Shown one piece after another: positions 9,840 through 19,359 of a stretch of 64,000 bases of DNA (position 1 is its first letter; each line of letters starts with the position of its first letter). Location: positions 18,571-82,570 of the forward strand of contig JAHDXH010000001.1 in the NCBI GenBank assembly GCA_023382875.1. Direction: 5' to 3'. This DNA is from Patescibacteria group bacterium. Lineage in GTDB: Bacteria; Patescibacteriota; Microgenomatia; UBA1400; PJMF01. A program made the translations under genes and the position numbers. A model generated the notes under the pieces. It was not told the origin of the DNA. It searched no databases and saw only the letters and a list, made by a program, of their open reading frames with translations.

Positions 9840-10775
9840 ATGCAAGAATCCATCAAAAGAATTATTGTGACGGGCGGATCTGGTTTCCTAGGTCGCCATT
9901 TGCTTCGAGCTTTAACTAAAGCTGGATACCAAGTCAAAAACATTGATTTAAGACCTAATCCAGAATTTGAAACTGTAATTGCTGATGTTCGAGATAAAGA
10001 AAAAATGCTCGAAGAAATTAAAGATGCTGATTTAGTTTTTCATCTGGCTAGTTTGATTGAGGCTGGTGAATCTGTCAAAGAGCCGCAAAAATATATTGAC
10101 TACAACCTTGATGGCACTCTTAATATTTTGGAAGCTATGAGAATTAATGGCATTAAGACCATGGCCTTTTCTTCAAGCGCCGCAGTTTATGGCGAGCCAG
10201 TGCGTGTACCTATTCATGAAGATGATCGAACTATGCCCATCAATCCTTATGGCATGACTAAATTAGCTATGGAAGCTTTGCTATCTTCCTACGTCAACTC
10301 ACATGGTATGACAGGCATTGCCCTTCGCTACTTCAATCTCTATGGACCAGAGGAGCATCATGAACCAGAATCTCATGCTTTGCCAAGGTTCATTAAGCAG
10401 ATTTACAACAATGAAGAAGTGACTGTTTGGGGTAGTGGTGAACATCAACGTGACTATATTCATGTTGGTGACATTGTCGACGCCCACCTTAAAGCAATTT
10501 CCCTAGCTGAGTCACAACCAGGCAAATATCACTACTTCAATATTTCCACCGAAAAACCAGCTTCAGTAGCAGAAATTGTTGGTTTTATCGAAGAAGCGAT
10601 GGGTAAAAAAGCTAATATTAAAAATTTCCCACCAAGACCAGGAGATCCTTTGCTTTTATATGCTGATGCTTCCAAGGCAAGAGAGCAATTGGGATGGACT
10701 TCCCAAGTAGAATTGCGAGCTGGTATTAAGGAGATGGTTGAATATTTTGTTAAATATTGGCAGAAAGCAGCTTAG
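9840..10775 (+). CDS. galE: NAD-dependent epimerase/dehydratase (UDP-glucose 4-epimerase-like)
   Basis: TGGSGFLG, SSSAAVYG, YGMTK, RYFN, RDYIHV, RPGDP. Confidence 0.8.
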   Translation: MQESIKRIIVTGGSGFLGRHLLRALTKAGYQVKNIDLRPNPEFETVIADVRDKEKMLEEIKDADLVFHLASLIEAGESVKEPQKYIDYNLDGTLNILEAMRINGIKTMAFSSSAAVYGEPVRVPIHEDDRTMPINPYGMTKLAMEALLSSYVNSHGMTGIALRYFNLYGPEEHHEPESHALPRFIKQIYNNEEVTVWGSGEHQRDYIHVGDIVDAHLKAISLAESQPGKYHYFNISTEKPASVAEIVGFIEEAMGKKANIKNFPPRPGDPLLLYADASKAREQLGWTSQVELRAGIKEMVEYFVKYWQKAA

Positions 10776-10778
10776 TTT

Positions 10779-11360
10779 ATGGCGAGAAGAATAATCTTAG
10801 CTTCTGGTTCTAAGCAACGTAAACTACTTTTTCAAACTCTAGGATTGGAGTTTGAAATTATTCCCGCTGACATTGATGAAAAAGCAGTTCCCTACTCAGA
10901 TTTAAAATCTCGAGCTGCCAATATTGCCAGAGCTAAAGCTGAGTTAGTGGCAAAAAATAATCCTGACGCGATTGTGATCGCCGCAGATACTTATTGTGTG
11001 CAAGATGATAAGGCTTTGGAAAAGCCTCAAGATTTAGAAGAGGCTAAAAAAATGGTTCGTCTTTTGTCAGATAGTACTGCCATTGCCTACTCAGGTTATT
11101 GTTACCTTGATGCTAGTAATGGCATTGACCTCTCAGGTGTTAGTGAGACCACCGCCAAATTCCGACCGCTGTCTGAGGCGTTTATTAACCGTTATGTAGC
11201 CAACAATCCTGTTTTGAGTTGGTCGGCGGCTTTTTCTCCTGCATACCATGAAGGCATGTCTTTGGTTGATCAAATCAGTGGTTCTTTTACTAGTTTTACG
11301 CACGGTTTACCGCTCGAAGTATTGGTGCCACTTTTACAAAGGTCAGGCGTCGAAGTTTAA
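10779..11360 (+). CDS. maf: Maf-family nucleotide pyrophosphatase
   Basis: IILASGSKQR, DIDEK, KA, AADT, EKP, GLP. Confidence 0.85.
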   Translation: MARRIILASGSKQRKLLFQTLGLEFEIIPADIDEKAVPYSDLKSRAANIARAKAELVAKNNPDAIVIAADTYCVQDDKALEKPQDLEEAKKMVRLLSDSTAIAYSGYCYLDASNGIDLSGVSETTAKFRPLSEAFINRYVANNPVLSWSAAFSPAYHEGMSLVDQISGSFTSFTHGLPLEVLVPLLQRSGVEV

Positions 11361-11401
11361 TATTTTCCTCGAGTACTTATCCCCTAGTTATTTATTATAG
11401 G

Positions 11402-11430
11402 TTGACTTTTTGATCTACTAATGCTATAAT
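11402..11430 (+). promoter_or_regulatory. sigma70 promoter with extended -10
   Basis: TTGACT-N17-TATAAT with TGn before the -10. Confidence 0.75.
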
Positions 11431-11433
11431 ATG

Positions 11434-11638
11434 TGTGTCTTTTATATGTAAAAGATACATTGAAAAAGGCAGTTCCTTAAAATATCCGAAGAATTTATTT
11501 TTTTGTTTTTGTGGTCACACTGAGTGTTTTTCTGTTAAATCATTTAACAGTCGAATATTGAGTGTGGCCTCAAAACCACCGTGGCCTGGCCACGTCTCGC
11601 TAAACCTCAATTTTCAATGAAAGGTCAAGGGTAAGACA
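11434..11638 (+). ncRNA. Structured ~200-nt 5' leader of unknown class
   Basis: Hairpins TGTGTCTTTTA/TAAAAGATACA, a long irregular stem 11495-11576 (GGTCACACT/AGTGTGGCC; CTGTTAAA/TTTAACAG), CGTGGC/GCCACG; CATTGAAAA complementary to TTTTCAATG next to the RBS. Confidence 0.4.
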
Positions 11639-12535
11639 ATGGCAGCAGCACAGAATGTTTCTTCGGAAAAACGTGAAAGTTTCGATTTCGGCAAGTTCGT
11701 GTCGGATGTGGTCAGCAAGCTCCCCGCCCGTGATAAGGTGGCGGCTCGTCTCAACAAGATTGACCTCGTTCTGACCCCCTTCTACGCAGTGCTGATGGCA
11801 TGGGCAACCTACGCCATTGGTATCAATTTTCTTCGCTTCGGTCCTACCGACGTGGAGAGCCTGAACTATTTCGTCAGCCTGTACGCTGGACTGAGCCTCG
11901 TTGCCTTCGCTATCGTTCTGGTCGCCCTCTTCGAGAGTGTGCGCCGCAATGAAATCGGAGACATGGCGAAAGTCATCGCAGCCATCGCTATCAATTATGT
12001 GGCGATGCGTTACAACGGTACATGGCTTATGATGGTGCTGGCGTATGGCTTCGGCTTCTCGCTGGCGCACTCTGCATCCCGGAACGGTAAGTTAGACTGG
12101 ACACCGTTGGTCGCGTTCAACGCTTCCTTCATCGGTCTGGCGACCCAGATTTTTGGTTTCGCCGCCGCGTCCGTAGTCTGGCCCGTGCTGGTGGGTGTCG
12201 TGTTTCAGGCAGTAGAAGTTTTCCGCAATCAGGATTACCGCGCCGTAAGGCTGGCGGTGCCGGGGATGGTTATTGCTGTTCTCGGTCTGGTCTTGACCAT
12301 GAATCCCGTGCTGTGGATTTTGCTGGGGGCTTTGGTCAGCTTCGTTGTCGCTCCAACCGCGTTCAAGCTCTATGAGAGCAAGCACGCGAAACTGGAAGAT
12401 ACGGTCAAAAGCTGTGCCACTCCCTGCGCCGATTTCGACAATGGCATGAAGAACCTGCGGACAAACGCTGAAGCAGCAATGCTGACGCTCGTTTCGTCCT
12501 GCCTGTTTATCATCGTCATGGTCATGTTCTCGTAA
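11639..12535 (+). CDS. Hypothetical polytopic membrane protein, high GC
   Basis: 298-aa ORF with about 9 hydrophobic segments; sampled lines 58-60% GC versus about 40% in a neighbouring gene. Confidence 0.8.
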   Translation: MAAAQNVSSEKRESFDFGKFVSDVVSKLPARDKVAARLNKIDLVLTPFYAVLMAWATYAIGINFLRFGPTDVESLNYFVSLYAGLSLVAFAIVLVALFESVRRNEIGDMAKVIAAIAINYVAMRYNGTWLMMVLAYGFGFSLAHSASRNGKLDWTPLVAFNASFIGLATQIFGFAAASVVWPVLVGVVFQAVEVFRNQDYRAVRLAVPGMVIAVLGLVLTMNPVLWILLGALVSFVVAPTAFKLYESKHAKLEDTVKSCATPCADFDNGMKNLRTNAEAAMLTLVSSCLFIIVMVMFS

Positions 12536-12556
12536 TGACTTTCACGGTCAACACAA

Positions 12557-12590
12557 CGTAGGGCGCCTTCAAAGCGCCCTCGTTCTGTAT
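12557..12590 (+). terminator. Terminator-like hairpin between convergent genes
   Basis: AGGGCGC-cttcaaa-GCGCCCT with a weak T tail. Confidence 0.5.
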
Positions 12591-12602
12591 TTAGAGACAA
12601 AT

Positions 12603-15600
12603 TTATTGAATTTTTACCTGACTATTGATGAAGTGGAAGTGGTCCAAAACAGTTTTTGTTTCTGGCAACACTCCTTTGACAATGAAATCGTTGCCAAATA
12701 ACTTTGGTAACAAATCATTTTCTTTGGAGAATAAACTCTCTTTGAACATCATTTTTGCTTCAACTGAGCCAATCCACAATGCCTTATAGGGATTATTTTC
12801 TACCACTACATTACTAAGGTTTTCCTTAGTCAAAATGTTTTTGAATTGCTCTGGAACCTGTTGTGGTTTTTGATCCAAAGTTTCAGCATTGATTTGGTAG
12901 AAAAGTTTACCCTTTTTATCAGGTCCAACGGTGGCTGATAAATCAGCTTCTTGGTTGATTAAAGCTAAAGTTGAACTATTCACAAAATGGAAATTATCAA
13001 CCATTGAGTTGGTGGGTTTGAGAATTCCTACGACTTTGACTTTTGGCAAGCCAAAAAAATTATTCAACTCGTCCCCCACTTTGTTAATTAATTTTTCTTC
13101 AATCATCATTTGCGCTTCATTGGCACCGATGATAATTTCGTTGTCATTTAAGTTTCCTTGACCTTGGTTGAATGGCAAGCTGATTAACTCTTCTTTTTCG
13201 ACCGCCAAAAATAGTTTTGGTGCTTTATCTAAGTAAGTTATTTTGCCTTGTGAATAAGCAAAAATTTGATTAGCCGCTTTGGTAATTTTAGGATTAACAA
13301 CAGCACTACTCATTTCACTACTATTCATTTGACTACTAAATTTGGCAAATTCCACAAACATTAAACTGAAAACAACAATCATGATGATTGGTGCGACCAT
13401 AGATATATAGTTTTTGCGGTTTGGCTTGTATAAGCGCAAGAGTAATGAGTTGGCCACTACTGAGACAGAACTTAATGCCATGGCTAATCCAGCTAATTCT
13501 GGTTTAAGCACTAATCCAAAGGCAACAAAGAGTCTGGCGGCAATTGGAATACCCATGACGTTATACAAAAGGGCAAAGAATAAGTTTTGTTTAATTTTGC
13601 CAATCGTTTCTTTTGACAAGTTGATGGCGTGAACAACATCATTAAGATCATTTTTAATAATGACAATGCCACCTGTCTCCATGGCTACGTCGGTGCCTGA
13701 GCCCATAGCGATACCTAGCTCGGCTTGAGCTAATGCTGGCGCGTCGTTAACGCCATCACCTACCATGGCTACTATATGTCCTTGCGATTGAAGTTTTTTT
13801 ACTTCATTGACTTTATCTTTTGGTAAGACTTCTGCTAATACATTGGTGATGCCGACTTGTTTGGCGATCGCTTCTGCTGTTCTTTTGTTATCACCGGTAA
13901 TCATATAAATGGCTAAGCCCATTTTTTGAAGTTTTTCGATGGCTGCTTTTGAGTTTGGTTTGACGGTATCGGCAACAGCGATTAAACCTTCAATTTGTTT
14001 TTTGTTGGCCAAAATCATGACGGTTTTGCCTTGATTTTCCAGTTCATGAATTTGAGCATCAATTTCTTTGGTTGAATGTTTGAGGTATTCAGCAATCAAT
14101 TTTTTATTACCAAAATAATAAGTTTGATTATCGATTTTGGCAGTGACACCATGGCCAACAATTGCTTCAAAATCAGAAACTTTTTTGAGATCTAATTTTA
14201 AGCTTTGAGTTTTTTGATAAATGGCTTCAGCCAATGGATGCTCAGATTGTTTTTCTAAACTCCCAACAATAGTTAAGAGTTGTTTTTCATCTATTTTTTC
14301 TAAACTGATGACATCGGTAACACTGGGTTTACCAACAGTAATGGTGCCAGTTTTATCAAAAATGACAGCCGTAATTTTGCAAGCTTGTTCAAGTGGTTCA
14401 CCACCTTTGACTAGAATGCCATGTTCAGCACCTTTGCCCGTGCCAACCATAATGGCCGTAGGCGTAGCTAATCCCAATGCACATGGACAGGCAATAACGA
14501 TGACAGCTGTAAAAGCCATCAATGCTGTTGATAAGGTTGCACCTAAAACAAAGAACCAAACCACAAAAGTAAGAATGGCGATGATAATAACAGCCGGAAC
14601 AAACCAAGCAGAAATTCGATCGGCCAAATCTTGAATTGGTGCTTTGGAGCCTTGGGCTTCTTCAACTAATTTAATGATTTGTGCCAAGGTAGTTTCACTA
14701 CCAACTCTCGTGGCGGTGAATTCAAAACTACCAGTTTTGTTGATGGTGCCACCAGCAACTTTGTCGCCGGCCTGTTTGGCTACCGGTAAACTTTCGCCGG
14801 TCAACATTGATTCATCGACTGACGATGAGCCTTTGGTAATTTTGCCATCGACAGGAATTTTTTCTCCCGGTCTAACCAAAATTACATCGCCAACTTTAAC
14901 TTCATCGATCGGAATATCTGTAGTTTTATTGCCTCTCACAACTCTAGCTGTTTTTGCTTGAAGTCCCATTAGTTTTTTAATGGCAGTTGAAGTTTTACCT
15001 TTGGCTTTAGCTTCCAAAAGTTTTCCCAAAATCACGAACGTGATTAGGAAAGCAGCGGTTTCAAAATATAGTTCGGGAATTTTTGCGCCTTCAATACCAA
15101 TAACCGATTCAGTGATAAAAGCATAACGAAGGAAATTGAATAAGCTATAAAAATAGGCCACCGAAGTGCCAATAGCAATCAAACTATCCATGTTAAAAGT
15201 TTTCATCCGTAAGGCAGACCACATGCCTTGGTAGAAACTTTTACCAACAATGAATTGAATTGGGGTAGTAAGGATTAAAGAAATAATGCCTACATAGGGC
15301 AAAAGCAGTTTAGCGCCAAAAAAGTTGGGCACAAAATCAAAAATCATGAAGTAAGCCATGGGCAAACTCAAAATCAAACTAAAGATAAATTTTTGCAGTT
15401 GGTTTTTTTCTTCGTGATGGTGATGGTGAGCTGAGTCAGCTTCAATTTGTTGAACGTTGTCACCTAGTTCCTGTGCATGGTAACCAGCTTTTTTGACAGC
15501 CTCAATAATCGTTTCTGAGTTGGTGTCATTTTCTGCCACAACCTGCGCTTTTTCATTAGCATAATTAACATGCGCTTCTTTAACTCCAGGAACTTTTTTA

Positions 15601-15674
15601 ATTGAAAGTTCAACTAGACTGGCACATGAAGCACAGTGCATACCGTGAATTGCATAGCGTTTGGTTGCTGGCAT
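12603..15674 (-). CDS. copA: Cu(I)-translocating P1B-type ATPase with a C-terminal extension
   Basis: [39 protein letters not shown] and MALSS motifs; about 250 extra C-terminal residues. Confidence 0.92.
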   Translation of the reverse strand: MPATKRYAIHGMHCASCASLVELSIKKVPGVKEAHVNYANEKAQVVAENDTNSETIIEAVKKAGYHAQELGDNVQQIEADSAHHHHHEEKNQLQKFIFSLILSLPMAYFMIFDFVPNFFGAKLLLPYVGIISLILTTPIQFIVGKSFYQGMWSALRMKTFNMDSLIAIGTSVAYFYSLFNFLRYAFITESVIGIEGAKIPELYFETAAFLITFVILGKLLEAKAKGKTSTAIKKLMGLQAKTARVVRGNKTTDIPIDEVKVGDVILVRPGEKIPVDGKITKGSSSVDESMLTGESLPVAKQAGDKVAGGTINKTGSFEFTATRVGSETTLAQIIKLVEEAQGSKAPIQDLADRISAWFVPAVIIIAILTFVVWFFVLGATLSTALMAFTAVIVIACPCALGLATPTAIMVGTGKGAEHGILVKGGEPLEQACKITAVIFDKTGTITVGKPSVTDVISLEKIDEKQLLTIVGSLEKQSEHPLAEAIYQKTQSLKLDLKKVSDFEAIVGHGVTAKIDNQTYYFGNKKLIAEYLKHSTKEIDAQIHELENQGKTVMILANKKQIEGLIAVADTVKPNSKAAIEKLQKMGLAIYMITGDNKRTAEAIAKQVGITNVLAEVLPKDKVNEVKKLQSQGHIVAMVGDGVNDAPALAQAELGIAMGSGTDVAMETGGIVIIKNDLNDVVHAINLSKETIGKIKQNLFFALLYNVMGIPIAARLFVAFGLVLKPELAGLAMALSSVSVVANSLLLRLYKPNRKNYISMVAPIIMIVVFSLMFVEFAKFSSQMNSSEMSSAVVNPKITKAANQIFAYSQGKITYLDKAPKLFLAVEKEELISLPFNQGQGNLNDNEIIIGANEAQMMIEEKLINKVGDELNNFFGLPKVKVVGILKPTNSMVDNFHFVNSSTLALINQEADLSATVGPDKKGKLFYQINAETLDQKPQQVPEQFKNILTKENLSNVVVENNPYKALWIGSVEAKMMFKESLFSKENDLLPKLFGNDFIVKGVLPETKTVLDHFHFINSQVKIQ

Positions 15675-15699
15675 AGTTTCCTTTTATATTTTTTGTTTT

Positions 15700-17121
15700 T
15701 TAATTTGTGACTTCGATAATGCCGGTGGCCATACCCATCCAGCAGCTAAAACGAAACTTGCCGGTTTTGGTTGGGGTAAAAGTTTTAACAGAAGTTTGAC
15801 CAGGACTCAGTCTAATTTCCCCGTCAAAGAAGTCTTTGGCAATCACGGCATTAGTACAGCCGGAAGCACCATTGTCGGTAATTCTCCACTCCACCGGTTG
15901 GTTAACTTTGACTTTAATGTAGTCTGGTTCGTAACCACCGGCGGTAGCGGACATTTCGACGATTTGTTTTTCACCTGCCTGTGTTGGACTGGTGAAAGTT
16001 GAATCTTGTTTGCTATTAATGAAATAGGCTGAGAAGTTTGGCCAACCTAAAACATTAAAAGCAGAATTGATATTAAAAAGTGAGAACAAAATGATAAGTA
16101 AACCAGCGACTTGTGAGAAAAATCTAGTGACGTGGGGTCGTTTATTAAACATTAAGCTAGACAAGCCGATGAATAACAAAATTGGTGCAGTACCTAAGGC
16201 AAAAGCTAACATGATCAGGGCGCCGCGGATGGGGTCGCCAGACAGTAGTGCGATTCCTTGAGTGGTGATGGTAAAACCACATGGTAGTAGAACGGTGCCG
16301 GCGCCCATCAAAGCAGGCATTAACCGACCAGAAAAGTTTCTTTGATCAGCAAGGTTGCGAGTCAAAACTTTTGGTAGTTTTGGTTGGAATTTATTGGCCC
16401 ACTCTACTCCCAACATTTGCAAAGATAAGACCACCATCAAAATAGAAACAAAAATTGTGATTAGAGCAGAAAAGGAAATAGAAATTTGGAAAACATTTCC
16501 TAATGATCCCAAAAGAAATCCTACTAAAGTGTAAGAAACTAGTCTGCCTAAATTAAATAAAATTTGTGGTTGAAGTTTTTCTGTCAGACTATTGGAAGTT
16601 TGATAGAGTTCAGCCCATTGTTTTGACATTGATAAAACAATTCCGCCAACTAAAGCTGAGCAGGTGGAAAAACCAGCAATTACACCAAAGGCGATAAATG
16701 CAAACAGTGAAGATTCGGCATTTACACTAAGTGCAATTGCTCCTGAGCTAGAAAATTTCAAAAAAGCACCAAAAATAATTGCCACAATAGTGAGGGCTGG
16801 CAACAACTGCAGCATTCGACTAAAGTTCCAAATGATTTCTCCATCACTTGTGACTTGGAAAAATGGTTCAGCTTTTTGTGTTCTTTCATCTTTAGAATCA
16901 TAAAAAGTGTAACCATCTTTTTTGAATAATTTGTTTAGCTTATTTGGGTTTGGAGCATCTCCGGTAAATTCAATTAAGACTGATTTATCTTTTTGTGAAA
17001 CTTCAACTGATTTAATATTTTCTTTTTCTAGAAGTTTATTTTCAATCAAAAGTTCGCATGATGCGCAGTGCATGCCTTCAACAAAGTACTGTTTTTCTGA
17101 GCAGAGGTTTTTTTCTGACAT
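15700..17121 (-). CDS. HMA + DsbD_2 (TauE/SafE-like) + cupredoxin-like membrane protein
   Basis: GMHCASC, STCSALVGG, FNLGR, LPCGF, C-terminal FSCWMGM. Confidence 0.85.
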   Translation of the reverse strand: MSEKNLCSEKQYFVEGMHCASCELLIENKLLEKENIKSVEVSQKDKSVLIEFTGDAPNPNKLNKLFKKDGYTFYDSKDERTQKAEPFFQVTSDGEIIWNFSRMLQLLPALTIVAIIFGAFLKFSSSGAIALSVNAESSLFAFIAFGVIAGFSTCSALVGGIVLSMSKQWAELYQTSNSLTEKLQPQILFNLGRLVSYTLVGFLLGSLGNVFQISISFSALITIFVSILMVVLSLQMLGVEWANKFQPKLPKVLTRNLADQRNFSGRLMPALMGAGTVLLPCGFTITTQGIALLSGDPIRGALIMLAFALGTAPILLFIGLSSLMFNKRPHVTRFFSQVAGLLIILFSLFNINSAFNVLGWPNFSAYFINSKQDSTFTSPTQAGEKQIVEMSATAGGYEPDYIKVKVNQPVEWRITDNGASGCTNAVIAKDFFDGEIRLSPGQTSVKTFTPTKTGKFRFSCWMGMATGIIEVTN

Positions 17122-17126
17122 GGGAA

Positions 17127-17609
17127 TTAATTGCTGTATTTCTCAGGATTGTCTTTGAATCTGTGCAGGCATCCTTCAGCGCAAAAGTAATAATTAATAT
17201 TTTTATAATTAGTTGAATAACTGGCAATTTTGGGTGAAAGTCTCATGCGGCAAACTGGATCTTGAACGATGGGTAAAAGTTTTTCAAAGTCATCACACAT
17301 GGCTTTGGCGGTTTTTTTGTCAGAAATATCTTTAATCAAAACTTCTCTGATTAAATCAGAGGCTAATAAATAATTGGGATGAGTGATGTGATAGAAAACT
17401 TCTTTGCCTTCTTTTTTGGTACAGACAATTTTGGCTGCACGAAGTATAGAAAGGTGCTGACTCAAATTGGCTTGGGGCAAATTTAACATCTCAATCATTT
17501 GATTGACGTTAACTGTTTGGTCGCGAAGTAAATTAAGAATTTCCAGCCTTTTGGGATTGGCTAGGGCTTTAAGAACGTTGGCGTGAATTTCAAAAATCTG
17601 AGAATACAT
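17127..17609 (-). CDS. ArsR/SmtB regulator fused to a YHS domain
   Basis: KALANPKRLEIL, QANLSQHLSILR; DPVCRM...YYFCAEGC...F..NPEKY. Confidence 0.88.
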   Translation of the reverse strand: MYSQIFEIHANVLKALANPKRLEILNLLRDQTVNVNQMIEMLNLPQANLSQHLSILRAAKIVCTKKEGKEVFYHITHPNYLLASDLIREVLIKDISDKKTAKAMCDDFEKLLPIVQDPVCRMRLSPKIASYSTNYKNINYYFCAEGCLHRFKDNPEKYSN

Positions 17610-17627
17610 ATTCGATATATTGAATAT
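17608..17627. promoter_or_regulatory. Putative ArsR/SmtB operator
   Basis: Near-perfect palindrome ATATTCGATATATTGAATAT overlapping the start of the arsR-like gene. Confidence 0.6.
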
Positions 17628-17721
17628 ATTCTCTTGTTAATAAAAAAGCAAGGGTGATTTTTTGATCTAGTAATTTGCTGATTCTCCGGTTAAAATAGCG
17701 TTCTTGTTAAGCTAAAGCAAA

Positions 17722-18522
17722 TTGATGACCGAGTTGATCATAACTTTTAGAGAAACTTTAGAAGCCTCATTAATCGTAGGAATCGTTTTAGCATATCTTT
17801 CCCAAACAAATAGACAGTTTTATAACAAAATAGTTTTCTTGGCCGTTGGCGCTGCTTCTTTGCTTAGTGCAATTTTGGCTATTATTTTCAATAATTTTTT
17901 AGGTGGTTTTACTGGCCGCACTGAGGAGATCTTTGAGGGTTTAATCATGATTGCTGCTTCTATTATGGTTTCTACAATTGTGATTTGGATGATGAGGCAA
18001 AGTCATAGTTCAGGGCAGATTAAAAAACAAGTAGATTCTCATCTGGAAAAAAGCCAAGCGTTTGGTTTATTTGGTTTGGTATTTTTATCAGTTTTAAGAG
18101 AAGGTGTAGAGGTGGTTTTGTTCTTGGGAGCCAAAAGTTTGATGAGTACAGAAAATTTTGGCTTTGCCTTATTAGGCATGTTGGTGGCAATTATAATTGG
18201 CTTGCTGATTTTTAAAGTCGGTGTCAAAATTAGCTTGAAACCTTTCTTTATGTTTTCAAGTATTTTTCTTATTTTGTTTGGAGCAGGTTTATTTGCTCAT
18301 GGCATTCACGAATTAGAAGAAGCAAAGCTGGTTAATCCTGTAGTCGAACACGTTTGGGACATTGGTAGATTTTTGAGCGAAAGTAAAGGTTTTGGTTTGT
18401 TCTTGAAAGATATTTTTGGCTATAACGCCAACCCTTCGCTTACGGAAGTTGGCTCTTATATTTTTTATCTTAATGCTCTTTATCTTTATTACCTATTAAT
18501 TAGTAAAAGAACATCACTATGA
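17722..18522 (+). CDS. FTR1/EfeU-family iron permease
   Basis: RETLE and REGVE motifs, 7 TM helices. Confidence 0.9.
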   Translation: MMTELIITFRETLEASLIVGIVLAYLSQTNRQFYNKIVFLAVGAASLLSAILAIIFNNFLGGFTGRTEEIFEGLIMIAASIMVSTIVIWMMRQSHSSGQIKKQVDSHLEKSQAFGLFGLVFLSVLREGVEVVLFLGAKSLMSTENFGFALLGMLVAIIIGLLIFKVGVKISLKPFFMFSSIFLILFGAGLFAHGIHELEEAKLVNPVVEHVWDIGRFLSESKGFGLFLKDIFGYNANPSLTEVGSYIFYLNALYLYYLLISKRTSL

Positions 18523-19346
18523 ATGATCAAAAAGTTCTTCTTCATGTAGTTTGTGACTATGCCCCAGCTGGCATGGAATTTGGTGAGATTACCACTCGCT
18601 TGGATCACGATTTGGCTAATCCAAGTAACGTGAGAATTCATACAACTTCAGTTCCATCTTTGGATACGATGGCCGTAGGTTTTGTGACCGCGCAATATGC
18701 TTTGGCACCATACAATGGCCGTATGGTTATTTATGGCAACGCTGCTCCTCGCCGTAGTTCTGATAAAGCTACCACCAATAATATTGACCACGGTATTAAA
18801 TACGCTAAATTGAAAAATGGCGTGGAAATTATTAACGTTAACTCAGAATTTGCTTTCGGTTTCATGAAAGATCAGATTGTTGAGTTTTATAACATTGATT
18901 GTCCAAATAGTGGATCTCAGTTCCGCTCTCGTGATTTTTTCCCAGAAAGAGTGGCTAAATTAATCAATGGCGACAGAAGTGTCTTAACTGAAAAACTTAA
19001 TATTGATGATATTCCTGAGGTACCCAATAACTTAGTTGCTTGGACTGACGGTTTTGGTAATATTAAAACCTCCATGAGACTTTCTGATTTGCAAAAACTT
19101 GGTTTTGAATCGGGCGAAAGTGTTCAAGTGATTTTGAACGGTGTTTCTATGGTTGGTGTAGTTGGGGTTGGCGGCTTCAGTGTTGATCGCGGTGTTTTGG
19201 CTGTTAACATCGGCTCTTCTGGTTACGATGATCCATTCATTGAACTCTTCCTTCGTGTTCACCACATTAGTGAACAAGCTGCCGCAGTAAGATTTAATTA
19301 TCCAGAGGGTGGTACGCCATTTGAGCTAAAAAAATTAGCTAGATAA
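18519..19346 (+). CDS. SAM hydroxide adenosyltransferase / halogenase-like (DUF62) protein
   Basis: N-terminal CDYA, QFRSRDFF, DGFGNIKT, VNIGS. Confidence 0.65.
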   Translation: MNDQKVLLHVVCDYAPAGMEFGEITTRLDHDLANPSNVRIHTTSVPSLDTMAVGFVTAQYALAPYNGRMVIYGNAAPRRSSDKATTNNIDHGIKYAKLKNGVEIINVNSEFAFGFMKDQIVEFYNIDCPNSGSQFRSRDFFPERVAKLINGDRSVLTEKLNIDDIPEVPNNLVAWTDGFGNIKTSMRLSDLQKLGFESGESVQVILNGVSMVGVVGVGGFSVDRGVLAVNIGSSGYDDPFIELFLRVHHISEQAAAVRFNYPEGGTPFELKKLAR

Positions 19347-19359
19347 TTTTAAGTTGAAA

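Noticed and set aside
11435-11620. 61-aa ORF in the structured leader
   Set aside because: No convincing start context or protein features; better explained as UTR, although a leader peptide cannot be fully excluded.
11600-12600. Antisense ORFs over the high-GC gene
   Set aside because: Expected shadow ORFs in GC-rich coding DNA; promoter, RBS and terminator all support the plus-strand gene.
12931-17158. Multiple plus-strand ORFs opposite copA and its neighbour
   Set aside because: Antisense shadows of well-conserved genes, with no motifs or expression signals.
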